Assembly (NCBI GenBank): GCA_016844745.1
Contig: JAERMQ010000005.1
Location: forward strand, 47,964-111,963
Reading direction: 5' to 3'
Source: Ignavibacteria bacterium
Lineage (GTDB): Bacteria; Bacteroidota; Ignavibacteria; Kapaibacteriales; UBA2268
DNA length: 64,000 nucleotides
Shown here: in pieces, positions 19,600-28,909 of the stretch
Layout: each line of letters opens with the position of its first letter
Position numbering within the stretch: position 1 is the first letter of the stretch
Program-made: the position numbers and the translations under genes
Notes under the pieces: model-generated
Databases searched by the model: none
The model's input: the letters and a program-made list of their open reading frames with translations, nothing else
What the model was told of the DNA's origin: nothing

Positions 19600-20396
19600 T
19601 AAAATTTCCCAAGATAATGGGGGTGGTTAATGTAACTCCCGATTCATTTTCTGACGGTGGATTATTCCTTTCAAGGGAGAATGCTGTAAACCAGGCACTC
19701 AGACTAATCGATGAAGGCGCCGACATCATCGATATCGGTGGTGAATCGACCCGCCCCGGCTCTGCCCGTGTTACTATCGAAGATGAAATTACGCGAGTCA
19801 TTCCGGTAATTAATGAAATAAAAAAAATTAATCCGGCTTTTCCCATATCAATAGATACAATGAATTATGATGTGGCTTTAGAGGCTCTGAATGCAGGTGC
19901 CTCCTTCATAAACGATGTTAGTGCATTCAGGGAAGATATTCGTATTGTAAAGCTTGCCGCTGAGCATAAAGCCGCCCTGATTATAATGCACATGCAGGGC
20001 AATCCCGAAACAATGCAATTACAACCTGAATATATCAATGTTGTTAATGAGGTTTATAATTTCTTAGAAACTAAGGTAGCCGAAGCAAAAATAATAGGAG
20101 CAGAATCAATTTTTATCGATGTAGGTATCGGATTTGGAAAAACATTAGAACAAAACTTAGAACTACTCCGGAATTTGGGACATTTTAAAAAGTTAGGTAC
20201 GCCAATGGTTTTGGGCATTTCAAGAAAATCTTTTTTCGGGAAATTGTTGGGAATTGAAAATCCACTGGAAAGGGATATTGCCACAGCATTGCTACATTCA
20301 TTATTGTTCAATGTTGAAGTAGAAATAATAAGAGTTCATAATGTTACATTATTATCTCAATTGAAAAAATTATATGAATCCATTTGTTTAATTTAA
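19596..20396 (+). CDS. folP: Dihydropteroate synthase
   Basis: IMGVVNVTPDSFSDGG, DIGGESTRPG and GISRKSF. It has a 4-nt overlap with the upstream gene. Confidence 0.92.
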   Translation: MIKFPKIMGVVNVTPDSFSDGGLFLSRENAVNQALRLIDEGADIIDIGGESTRPGSARVTIEDEITRVIPVINEIKKINPAFPISIDTMNYDVALEALNAGASFINDVSAFREDIRIVKLAAEHKAALIIMHMQGNPETMQLQPEYINVVNEVYNFLETKVAEAKIIGAESIFIDVGIGFGKTLEQNLELLRNLGHFKKLGTPMVLGISRKSFFGKLLGIENPLERDIATALLHSLLFNVEVEIIRVHNVTLLSQLKKLYESICLI

Positions 20397-20482
20397 AGTT
20401 TCAAAAATGGATTTTCTTGTAATTCTAAAAAACTTGATTTTCGTTCATTGAATTAGATTTTGTGAGAAAACAAAAAAAGGAA

Positions 20483-20560
20483 GAATGTCATCGTAAGCGA
20501 AGTGAAGAATCCAGTCCCTATGTTTGTTCCGGATTCTTCACTTCGCTTACGAATGACATT
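20483..20560. repeat. Palindromic intergenic element, copy B
   Basis: Left arm gaatgtcatcgtaagcgaagtgaagaatcc, loop agtccctatgtttgttcc, right arm ggattcttcacttcgcttacgaatgacatt. Confidence 0.9.
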
Positions 20561-20698
20561 TTTCCGGACTTTTTATATAATTTTAAATGCTGGAATTACT
20601 ATAATTAGAACTACCTTTTTTTTAATTTAGTTGTTATTATTTTGTTTTAAGATAGAAATTTTTTATATTTACTTTTTATTTTATTAATCAATATCGTT

Positions 20699-21229
20699 AT
20701 GAATGGTTCGGAATACAGGGAGAAATTTAATGATAAAGAATGGGAGGAAGTCCAATTTATTATAATTTGGATGTTACGAACGATAGCACGAGCAGACGGA
20801 AGAATAGATAAACTCGAAATTCGTGCATTGAATATCTTAACAAAACTTGCTAAAAATTTTAAGAATGAGCTTGTCGGAGAATTAATTGTATCGGTAGCGC
20901 CCCAGCTTTTCTATTTAACAACTCAGTTTCATCTGACAGCAGAGCAGATGCAACCGCACATGGAGAAATTCAACAAATTAATGGAAAGTAAATTTGAACA
21001 TGATTTTGTTATTGATTTCAAGAAAACGTTGATAGCCAGTGTAATTTTTGTTGCAAATTCATCAGGAGATGTCGAAGAAAATCTTACAAAAATTAATCCG
21101 AAAGAAAGTCAAATTTTACAGGAATTTATCGGTTGTCTGAAAATGACGGATGATGAATTACAACAGCATCCTTCGATTGAAGATATAACAGTCGATTTCA
21201 GAAAAGTATTGGTATCGAAAATAAACTAA
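20699..21229 (+). CDS. Hypothetical protein, possibly TerB-like
   Basis: WMLRTIARADGRIDKLEIRAL resembles the TerB/DjlA-N motif. No other recognisable motif. Confidence 0.45.
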   Translation: MNGSEYREKFNDKEWEEVQFIIIWMLRTIARADGRIDKLEIRALNILTKLAKNFKNELVGELIVSVAPQLFYLTTQFHLTAEQMQPHMEKFNKLMESKFEHDFVIDFKKTLIASVIFVANSSGDVEENLTKINPKESQILQEFIGCLKMTDDELQQHPSIEDITVDFRKVLVSKIN

Positions 21230-21256
21230 TTTTTCACATAACAAAAGGGGACAATT

Positions 21257-22270
21257 ATGCATAAAAAGCTTCCTGCCTTACTTTCATTTATTTTATTAGC
21301 CGCTTTTCAATATGTTGCCGTTTGCCAGACAAGCGATTACGTTATGAAGACCATTGGCAATCATGAAGATGAAGTATTGGGAGTGTATGTAAACTGGAAT
21401 AATACCATGTTTGCATCCTGCAGCGTAGATGAAACAATCAAACTCTGGTCTTTGCCCGATTGCAAGCTAATTTCAACACTCGAAGGTCATATTGGAGAAG
21501 TTAACAATATATCCATTTCGGGTAACGACCAATGGCTTGCAAGCGGTTCTACGGACGAAACAGTAAAAATATGGGACATTACGACAGCTAAAGAAATGAA
21601 AACACTTTACGGACATTCCGACCAGGTTATCGGCGTTTATTTTAACTCCGATAGCATCAACCCCCGGGTTGCGAGTACGAGTTTTGATAAAACCGTAAAA
21701 TTATGGGATGTTAATCTTGGTTCGGAAATCAAAACCCTTTATGGGCACAAGGAAAGTATAAATAATGTTGCCTATAGCTACGATGGTAAGTTCATTGCCT
21801 CCTGTAGTGATGATAAAACCGTAAAAATATGGTCAACAGATTTAACTACAAAAATACCACTCTTAAATCTGGAAGGACACGAAGCGCCAGTTCTGACTTG
21901 TATTTTCAGCTTCGATAGTAAATACCTTGCTTCATCCGACCAAATCGGGGAAATAATAATCTGGTTGATGCCCGAAGGCAGACTAATACGTAAAGTCAGG
22001 GCACATAAGGATTTGATCCAGGATTTGTCTTTTGCTGAGGATAATAAAACGTTAGTAAGCGGAAGTCTCGATGGCGTAGTTAAATTATGGAATGTAGAAA
22101 CCGGGGAAAACTTAATGAATTTCGAAACCGGAGTTGAAGTTTGGTCGGTTGATTTGGTGAGCGATGCGAGTATAATTACCCTCGGATGTTCTGACGGAAC
22201 AGTAAGAATACTTACAAATAAAGAACCATCGAAAGCGGATAAAAAAGTCAAGAAAGGAGGCAAAAAATGA
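21257..22270 (+). CDS. Secreted WD40-repeat protein
   Basis: Signal peptide, then about 7 repeats with GH...D.T(V/I)K(L/I)W periodicity. Confidence 0.85.
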   Translation: MHKKLPALLSFILLAAFQYVAVCQTSDYVMKTIGNHEDEVLGVYVNWNNTMFASCSVDETIKLWSLPDCKLISTLEGHIGEVNNISISGNDQWLASGSTDETVKIWDITTAKEMKTLYGHSDQVIGVYFNSDSINPRVASTSFDKTVKLWDVNLGSEIKTLYGHKESINNVAYSYDGKFIASCSDDKTVKIWSTDLTTKIPLLNLEGHEAPVLTCIFSFDSKYLASSDQIGEIIIWLMPEGRLIRKVRAHKDLIQDLSFAEDNKTLVSGSLDGVVKLWNVETGENLMNFETGVEVWSVDLVSDASIITLGCSDGTVRILTNKEPSKADKKVKKGGKK

Positions 22271-22995
22271 AAAAGTCAGGATTACTTATTATCTTAGGTT
22301 TTATTTTATGCCTTGCGTATTCATATAAAGCAAATGCCCAAATGAAGTTGGTTGTTTCTTTGACCGGAACCGTAATCAATGAGTTAACACGCGAACCCGT
22401 ACAAGCCGATTTCGATGTATTCGATGAAACCGGTAAAAAGATTCAAAAATTCAAGAGTAATTCCAAAGACGGTTATTATTTTATAACCAACCTAACCCCC
22501 GGTAAGAAATATACTTTGAGAAATCTTCTCAATCTAGGCTCGGAAAAAAGGTATTTCAAACATAAGTTCGAAATCGATATACCTAAAGCCAGCCAATATG
22601 CAGAGTTTTCCCGCGATTTAGTGCTGAAACCCTTAGCAACCGGGATGGCATATAAACTGAAAGTCACACCTTTCAGTATTAATAAAACACTGCTTCGTTT
22701 AGGCAGTGAGAACGTTTTAAAAAACTGGGTAGATGTTCTTAAAGAAACTAAAAAATCAGACATCGAAATTGCATGTTATCCTGATAATGATAACGATGCA
22801 GTTATGAATCAGACAGTGACAACAGAAAGATGCAAAGCATTAAAAGATTATTTTATAAAAAGTGGAGTGGAAACCGATAGGGTTACCGTGACAGCTCACA
22901 ATAACACGGACCCGAAGAATCCTCCACCAACACAGAAACGAGCAAAAGGGAAGCGATATAAGGGTTCAATTTATATTATTATTAAGGAGTCTTAG
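22267..22995 (+). CDS. OmpA-like-domain lipoprotein/periplasmic protein
   Basis: Signal peptide, and a C-terminal OmpA-like segment (RCKALKDYFIKSGVETDRVTVTAHNNTDP). ATGA overlap with the WD40 gene. Confidence 0.55.
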   Translation: MKKSGLLIILGFILCLAYSYKANAQMKLVVSLTGTVINELTREPVQADFDVFDETGKKIQKFKSNSKDGYYFITNLTPGKKYTLRNLLNLGSEKRYFKHKFEIDIPKASQYAEFSRDLVLKPLATGMAYKLKVTPFSINKTLLRLGSENVLKNWVDVLKETKKSDIEIACYPDNDNDAVMNQTVTTERCKALKDYFIKSGVETDRVTVTAHNNTDPKNPPPTQKRAKGKRYKGSIYIIIKES

Positions 22996-23035
22996 CAAAT
23001 TAGACTGGTTTAAATATCATTACTGGTTTGAAATA

Positions 23036-23076
23036 TTAGATGCGTCCTACATCTGTCAAATGTAGGACGCATCTAA
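23036..23076 (+). terminator. Perfect 17-bp stem hairpin terminator
   Basis: ttagatgcgtcctacat ctgtcaa atgtaggacgcatctaa, followed by ttta. Confidence 0.75.
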
Positions 23077-23604
23077 TTTATATGATTCTATTGATAAATT
23101 CGTTTCATATGGAGCAAATACATTAACAATACTACTCAATATTAGACGAATACCGAAAATTATGAAATTCATTATTTGTCATGTTATTCTATATTTGTTC
23201 ATTACAAGTACAATTTCATTATTTGTTTTGGAAGATAATCTATATTTTTTTTTATTTTTTTTCTTCTTTGATATTGTAATGGAATTTGATATGTTTTTAA
23301 AATATAGGAAGGAAAAAAAACTTAATGAAATTGAAGAAAAAAATTTTAATTTTTTTAAAAATTCCGGCATTAGTTTTTCAATACTCTTTACCTGATTATT
23401 TATTGCATTAAGTATAAATATAACTTATTTGGTAACAAAAATTGAATTTTATAAAATCAATATAATTTTATTGGTTGCCGTAATCATTGGTATAACCTTA
23501 TTTTTTCTTCATAAATTTGTCATATTAAAGAAAATAAAACGTGGCAAATGAACCCAATAACGACCTACCTTCTGTATGTATATTAAGGGGAACTAAAAAT
23601 TCAA

Positions 23605-23682
23605 AATTGTCATTCCAGCGAAAGCGGGAATCCACTCCCAGAGCGACTTTATGGATTCCCACTTTCTTGGGAATGACAATTT
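23605..23682. repeat. Palindromic intergenic element, copy C (variant stem)
   Basis: Left arm attgtcattccagcgaaagcgggaatcc, loop actcccagagcgactttatg, right arm gattcccactttcttgggaatgacaatt. Confidence 0.85.
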
Positions 23683-23733
23683 AGGCTTTTTAAAGAGGAT
23701 TCAACTTTTTGAACTTTCAACTTGGAACATTTT

Positions 23734-25053
23734 TTACTCTTCACTTTTTTCATCCAATCGGCTTTGTAAAAGTGTTAATTTTACCAATTCAAGATTTCTC
23801 TTCGAGCGTTTGATGATTTTGCAGTTGTAGCCGGGAATAGGAACAACTTCATTAGCCTCCGGAATGCGTGAGACCAAATTCATGATTAATCCTCCAACAG
23901 TCTCGTAATCTTCTCCTGATGGGAGTTCTACCGGCAGCAAATCATTAACATCATCTATGGAAGCTGAAGCCCTAACGGAAAATTCGTTGTTTCCTAATTG
24001 TTCGACAGCAGGTGTTTCCTCATCATATTCATCCTGGATTTCACCGACGATTTCTTCAATAACATCCTCTAAAGTGACTATACCTGCAGTTTGACCGAAT
24101 TCGTCCAACACAACTGCAATGTGAATTCTTTTCTTTTGGAATAAACTTAAAAGTTTATCGATTTTTTCATTTTCCTGCACGAAAACAACAGGACGGATGA
24201 TATCCTGGACAATAATCAAATGTTTGTTATTAAGCATCGCAATTAAATCTTTAGCATATACAACACCGATTATATTATCGATACTCTTTTCATAAACGGG
24301 CATCCTTGAGTAACCTTCCTGAATAAAGAGTTCGATAATTTTTTGGCTGCTCATAGATAATTCAATACCGACAATTTTGATATGCGGTACCATAATTCTT
24401 TTAATCGGTATATCGGAAAATTCGAAAACATTTTCCAATAATTTATGCTCCGAAATTTCAAGTTCGCCACTTTTTGTACTTTCTTCAAGCAAATAACGTA
24501 ATTCTTCTGCTGAATGAAGATTCACTTCACCAGAAATTATCTCAATTCCAAATAATTTAAGAATTAGAATCGACAATGAATTTAATGCCCAGATTATTGG
24601 TTTAAACACAAATAAAAATAACCTCAGAGGTAATGCAACAAACATTGAAGTTTTCTCAGGTGATGACATAGCCACTGACTTTGGTGCAAGCTCACCAAGT
24701 ATAATATGTAAAACCGTAATTACCACAAAGGCTGTCGGTAGGGAGATTGTATGGGCTGTTTGCGGTGATAAATTAATATTGAAATAACCTAAAATTGTCA
24801 TAATTATTTCACCGACAACGCTCTCCCCTATCCATCCCAATCCAAGTGAAGCAAGTGTAATTCCAAGCTGGCAACCGGATAAACATGTATCCAACCTGGA
24901 AATTAGTTCTTTGGTAATTTTCGCGAAACTGCTGCCAGCACGAATTCGTATTTCTAATTGCGAAGCTCTTATTTTAACCAATGCAAATTCAGCCGCCACA
25001 AAAAAGGCGTTCAGTGCAACAAAAAACAAAGTTAGTAGTATGTTATAAAACAT
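23734..25053 (-). CDS. Hemolysin/CorC-family protein (CNNM/DUF21 TM domain + CBS pair + CorC_HlyC)
   Basis: Motifs AAEFALVKIR, GELAPKS, a tandem CBS region and a CorC C-terminal domain. Confidence 0.88.
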   Translation of the reverse strand: MFYNILLTLFFVALNAFFVAAEFALVKIRASQLEIRIRAGSSFAKITKELISRLDTCLSGCQLGITLASLGLGWIGESVVGEIIMTILGYFNINLSPQTAHTISLPTAFVVITVLHIILGELAPKSVAMSSPEKTSMFVALPLRLFLFVFKPIIWALNSLSILILKLFGIEIISGEVNLHSAEELRYLLEESTKSGELEISEHKLLENVFEFSDIPIKRIMVPHIKIVGIELSMSSQKIIELFIQEGYSRMPVYEKSIDNIIGVVYAKDLIAMLNNKHLIIVQDIIRPVVFVQENEKIDKLLSLFQKKRIHIAVVLDEFGQTAGIVTLEDVIEEIVGEIQDEYDEETPAVEQLGNNEFSVRASASIDDVNDLLPVELPSGEDYETVGGLIMNLVSRIPEANEVVPIPGYNCKIIKRSKRNLELVKLTLLQSRLDEKSEE

Positions 25054-25135
25054 TTTTATTCAATTTCCAATTATTATTCGTAATAGTCAGAATTAGGATT
25101 TATAGGATTAAAGGATGATAGGATAGATTCCCAAT

Positions 25136-25208
25136 TCTAATAATTCATAATTCATATTAATTTATTCGTAATTTATAATTTATAATTCATAATTCATAAT
25201 TCACAATT
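25136..25208. repeat. Degenerate heptad satellite (ATAATTC-type)
   Basis: taattcataattcatatt...tataattcataattcataattcacaatt. Confidence 0.8.
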
Positions 25209-25213
25209 ATTTT

Positions 25214-25311
25214 CATTGACCATTGACCATTGACCATTGACCATTGACCATTAACCATTGACCATTGACCATTGACCATTAACCATTAACCATTGACCAT
25301 TGACCATTAAT
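25214..25311. repeat. Heptanucleotide tandem repeat (CATTGAC/CATTAAC), about 14 units
   Basis: Counted units 25214-25311. The array overlaps the recO stop codon (25307-25309). Confidence 0.95.
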
Positions 25312-26038
25312 CCAGTCCTTTATAAAAAATTCTTTTTTCCAAATGAAAAGTAAAATAGGATGTAAAGAAATCTAATATTTCCTTCTTGATTTGCTTATTT
25401 AAACTTAAATCAAGACGATTTGTAATATCGCTTTTAGTCACACTTTTCAGAAAATCGAAAGCCTGTTTACTTAATACAAAAATATTTTCTTTTGCGTAGG
25501 TTTGGGGAGGCAAATCAACGAATATGCCATCATGAATCGAAAAGAATTTTTTATTATCACCGGAAATTTCATCAGCGCTGGCGAAATCCATCCCGAAACC
25601 CATCTCATCAGCAAGAAAAAAATTATAAGAAACGAATTCGGCAAAGGGATTTGAAGGAAGTTCATCCAGATGAAGAACACATGTTTGAATAAAATCAAAT
25701 AACTCATGGTGAATAGCGCCTTCATCCTGGGTTTGAAGTAATGATTCGGCTATAAATAAGCCAACCTCGAGATGTTCGCTCGATGTATAGAGTTTCCGCA
25801 TCGGATGTTGTATATCTGCAGAAGAAAGTAAATAAAGGGATGTATGAGGCTTTTTATAAAAAGAGATTTCACAAACTGAAAGCAGTTCCAAAGCGCCGCC
25901 AAACTTACTCTTTACTTGTCTGGCACCTTTGGCAATAAATGAGCACAAACCGAATCTCCTGGTGAAAATAGTGACAATTTTACTCGTATCTCCATACTTT
26001 TTTGTCCTTATTACTATTCCTTCTGTTTTTTCTATCAT
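25307..26038 (-). CDS. recO: DNA repair protein RecO
   Basis: MIEKTEGIVIRTKKYGDTSKIVTIFTRRFG is a typical RecO OB-fold start. Length is about 240 aa. Confidence 0.85.
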   Translation of the reverse strand: MIEKTEGIVIRTKKYGDTSKIVTIFTRRFGLCSFIAKGARQVKSKFGGALELLSVCEISFYKKPHTSLYLLSSADIQHPMRKLYTSSEHLEVGLFIAESLLQTQDEGAIHHELFDFIQTCVLHLDELPSNPFAEFVSYNFFLADEMGFGMDFASADEISGDNKKFFSIHDGIFVDLPPQTYAKENIFVLSKQAFDFLKSVTKSDITNRLDLSLNKQIKKEILDFFTSYFTFHLEKRIFYKGLD

Positions 26039-26091
26039 AAAAATTTTGGAAATTAAATTTTTTTTTCTTAATTTTGTAAGCTAAGTACTAC

Positions 26092-26165
26092 TCCCGAGTA
26101 GCTCAGCTGGTTAGAGCACCTGACTGTTAATCAGGGGGTCCACAGTTCAAGTCTGTGCTCGGGAG
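26092..26165 (+). tRNA. tRNA-Asn (anticodon GTT)
   Basis: Hand-folded cloverleaf. Acceptor tcccgag/ctcggga, D stem gctc/gagc, anticodon stem cctga/tcagg with loop ctGTTaa, T stem cacag/ctgtg. Confidence 0.93.
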
Positions 26166-26266
26166 CTTTATTTTGAAAGCCATACATCCTATTTTTCTAA
26201 TATTCCCTTAACTCAAATATAAGCAATTGCATATTGATAAAAAATTTAAATTTGGTAACAGGTCAA

Positions 26267-26480
26267 GAATGTCATTCTGGGTTTCTGACAGCCGCTACGC
26301 TGTCGGTAAAACAAAGCAATGAAATATTAGATATTAAACTTTGCGGCTTAGCGTAAAAAAAATCTCGCAAAGTCGCTAAGATGCAAAGTCGCAAAGAATA
26401 TAATAAAAAGAGGTCATTAACAGCGAAGTCAAGAATCCGGTATTCATGCGGTTTCTATATTCTTTGCTTTTGTCAGAATT
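26267..26480. repeat. Composite/degenerate repeat region (palindromic element copy D interrupted by other short repeats)
   Basis: gaatgtcattctg... on the left and ...ttttgtcagaatt on the right. Internally there is a half-element aggtcattaacagcgaagtcaagaatcc and a gcaaagtcgc/ttagcg-type repeat. Confidence 0.6.
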
Positions 26481-26603
26481 AAATATTCAGTTGTCTCAAT
26501 TCAAATAATTTCTTCAATTTTCTTATGATTCAATTCCTAAATTCTAAAATTTTATGTAATTTTAAATTTTATAAAATTACTGAAACCACTTAAGGTAAAA
26601 AAG

Positions 26604-27878
26604 ATGAATATCAAAACTACAGCAGGTGTTGACCGAATTGTTAAGGCAAGAAATGATAAGATTTATGCAGAGTTATTAGATAAGGATACTTCAATTTTAT
26701 TTGACGACCCCTTAGAGAACGATATGGTTCTTAACATGGGACCCCAGCATCCCGCTACACACGGCGTTCTCCGGGTAGTTTTGCGATTGGATGGAGAAAA
26801 TGTAATTAATGCCGTTCCGGAACTGGGATACCTCCACCGTGGCTATGAAAAATTGGCTGAGAATCTCAATTATCATGAATTCATCCCATTTACCGACCGA
26901 CTGGATTACCTTGCGCCATTTTCAAATAATGTGGCAATTGCCCTTGCTATCGAAAATGCCCTCGGTTTGGAAACACCTGAGCGGGCAAAGTGGGTGCGTA
27001 CTTTGGTAAGCGAACTTGCCCGGATTTCATCGCATTTAATGGCAATGGGTTCCACTTGTATGGATGCCGGCGCTTTGACACTACTTCTCTGGACTTTTAT
27101 CGAACGTGAAAAGTTATATGATATATTTGAATTGATTTGCGGAGCCCGCTTTACGACAAGCTACACGCGCATTGGCGGCATTGCCAACGATATTGATGAT
27201 GCTACAATTGTAAAAATTCGCAAGTGGGCTGATGAATTTCCCGCTGAATTGAAATATTTCGAGGCTCTCGTTAACCGAAATAGAATTTTTGTGAATCGTC
27301 TTGCCGGTATCTGCATTATGCCACCGGAGAAGGCTATAGCGCTTGGTTTGACCGGTCCTACTCTTCGCGGTTCGGGTGTGCCTCGTGATTTGCGCAGGGA
27401 CGAACCGTATCTCATTTATGACCAGTTGGATTTCGACGTTATTACATTCCCCGATTGCGATGTATGGTCGCGGTATCAAGTGAGGGTGCAGGAAATGAAG
27501 CAAAGTTTGAAGATGGTCTATCAAATCTTGGATAAAATGCCTAAAGGGGAGATTATATCCAATAAACACAAAGCTTCGCTGCCACGAAAAGCTTCTGTAT
27601 ATACCAAGATGGAAGAATTAATCAATGATTTCATGCTGGTTAATTTCGGTGCTGCACCGGAAAAAGGAGAAACCTATACACCAATTGAATCTCCAAAGGG
27701 TGAATTAGGATTCTTCATCGTTTCAGACGGAACGGGTCAACCATGGAAATTGAAAATCCGCTCGCCTTCTTCTTCAAATCTGCAAGGCTTACCTGAAATG
27801 ATTATCGGCTCGATGATTGCAGATGTGATTTTGGCAATTGGCTCTATAGACCCAATCATGGGCGAAGCTGATAAGTAA
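26604..27878 (+). CDS. nuoD: NADH-quinone oxidoreductase subunit D (49 kDa subunit)
   Basis: Motifs NMGPQHPATHGVLR, LGYLHRG, RSPSSSNLQ and DPIMGEADK. No other nuo genes lie in the window. Confidence 0.9.
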   Translation: MNIKTTAGVDRIVKARNDKIYAELLDKDTSILFDDPLENDMVLNMGPQHPATHGVLRVVLRLDGENVINAVPELGYLHRGYEKLAENLNYHEFIPFTDRLDYLAPFSNNVAIALAIENALGLETPERAKWVRTLVSELARISSHLMAMGSTCMDAGALTLLLWTFIEREKLYDIFELICGARFTTSYTRIGGIANDIDDATIVKIRKWADEFPAELKYFEALVNRNRIFVNRLAGICIMPPEKAIALGLTGPTLRGSGVPRDLRRDEPYLIYDQLDFDVITFPDCDVWSRYQVRVQEMKQSLKMVYQILDKMPKGEIISNKHKASLPRKASVYTKMEELINDFMLVNFGAAPEKGETYTPIESPKGELGFFIVSDGTGQPWKLKIRSPSSSNLQGLPEMIIGSMIADVILAIGSIDPIMGEADK

Positions 27879-27904
27879 TTTTTTATAAAATAATTTAAAA
27901 CAAC

Positions 27905-28909
27905 ATGAAGAATATTGTAAATCATCTTGAGATAAGCAACTTCAAATCCATAAAAAATTTGAAGATGGATTGCAAGCGGGTCAATATTTTCATTGGCGGA
28001 CCTGATGTTGGCAAATCTAATATTCTAGAAGCATTAGGACTGTTTTCGTTGCCTTTTGGTGTGAATTATTATGCTGGTAATATTAAGGATTTCATTCGTT
28101 ATGACAAACTATATCAATTCTTTTACAATTTTGATTTTTCAAAACCGATTGAAGTAACCACTGATAAATTTCATTGCAGAATTGATTATAATAATAGAAC
28201 CGAAAGTTGCATTATTAAGTATCTTGAACCATTTCATGATGATAGTTTTATTGAAAAAGAACTGAATGTAAATAGTAGTGGTCAACTTACGATCCATAAC
28301 GATTTAGGAAATTACCAAATATTTTTTTATCGTTATATGCAAGCAGAACATAGGATTTTTAATGGAAAGTTCTTAATGCCCCCTTTAGGTTGGAACATTC
28401 AGGAAATCATCTTTATTAATCAAGTTGCACGTTCATTAACAAAAAAAATTTTGGAATCAAATAATAGGGAACCTGTTTTTATAAAGCCCGATAATACTTT
28501 GGTCCAACAAATTAATGTCGGGATTGATGAAAGAGTGCAATTACCATACATTCTATTTTCGGATGGGATGAAGCATTTGTTGTTCAATTTAGCTGCTATT
28601 ATGACCAATACAGATTCTGTGGTTATACTTGAAGAACCGGAATCGCATAGTTTCCCCTATTATTCCGGATTGATTGCTGAAAAAATTGCCGAATCAAAAA
28701 CCAATCAATTTTTCATTGCTACTCATAATCCCTATTTCCTAGATAAAATTATCGAAAAAACTCCCTTGAATGAACTTAATATTTTTATTGTAGATTTTAT
28801 TAATAATGAAACTACAATAAAGAGTCTTAAAGAAAAAGAAATCATTGAAATTATTGAAAATGACATTGATACTTTTTTTAATCTGGATAGGTTTTCTAAT
28901 GAAAAATAG
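27905..28909 (+). CDS. ABC-type/AAA_21-like ATPase (SMC-head-like, no coiled coil)
   Basis: N-terminal LEISNFKSIK. Walker A is GGPDVGKSNILEAL, signature-like is FSDGMKHLL, Walker B is VVILEEPESH and H-loop is IATHNP. Confidence 0.8.
   Translation: MKNIVNHLEISNFKSIKNLKMDCKRVNIFIGGPDVGKSNILEALGLFSLPFGVNYYAGNIKDFIRYDKLYQFFYNFDFSKPIEVTTDKFHCRIDYNNRTESCIIKYLEPFHDDSFIEKELNVNSSGQLTIHNDLGNYQIFFYRYMQAEHRIFNGKFLMPPLGWNIQEIIFINQVARSLTKKILESNNREPVFIKPDNTLVQQINVGIDERVQLPYILFSDGMKHLLFNLAAIMTNTDSVVILEEPESHSFPYYSGLIAEKIAESKTNQFFIATHNPYFLDKIIEKTPLNELNIFIVDFINNETTIKSLKEKEIIEIIENDIDTFFNLDRFSNEK

Noticed and set aside
21778-22263. 161-aa antisense ORF inside the WD40 gene, plus similar long antisense ORFs at 27114..27569, 18380..18736, 62582..62980 and 60401..60781.
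   Set aside because: Each lies opposite a strongly supported, motif-bearing gene and has no recognisable features of its own.
23162-23551. 77-aa ORF 23162..23395 and a possible 40-aa TM peptide (TTG 23429..23551).
   Set aside because: Both are very low-complexity AT-rich sequence (poly-F/K). There is no supporting motif or coupling to neighbours. This is insufficient evidence for coding.
25214-25311. Possible CRISPR array (regular short repeats).
   Set aside because: The units are 7 nt and contiguous, with no spacers. This is a simple tandem satellite. The same applies to 13226..13267, 38701..38836 and 41052..41111.
26604-27878. [NiFe]-hydrogenase large subunit, given hydF elsewhere in the window.
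   Set aside because: The N-terminal RxCGxC and C-terminal DPCxxC nickel-binding motifs are absent (it has QHPATHGVLR and DPIMGEADK). This is NuoD-type. HydF also serves [FeFe], not [NiFe], enzymes.
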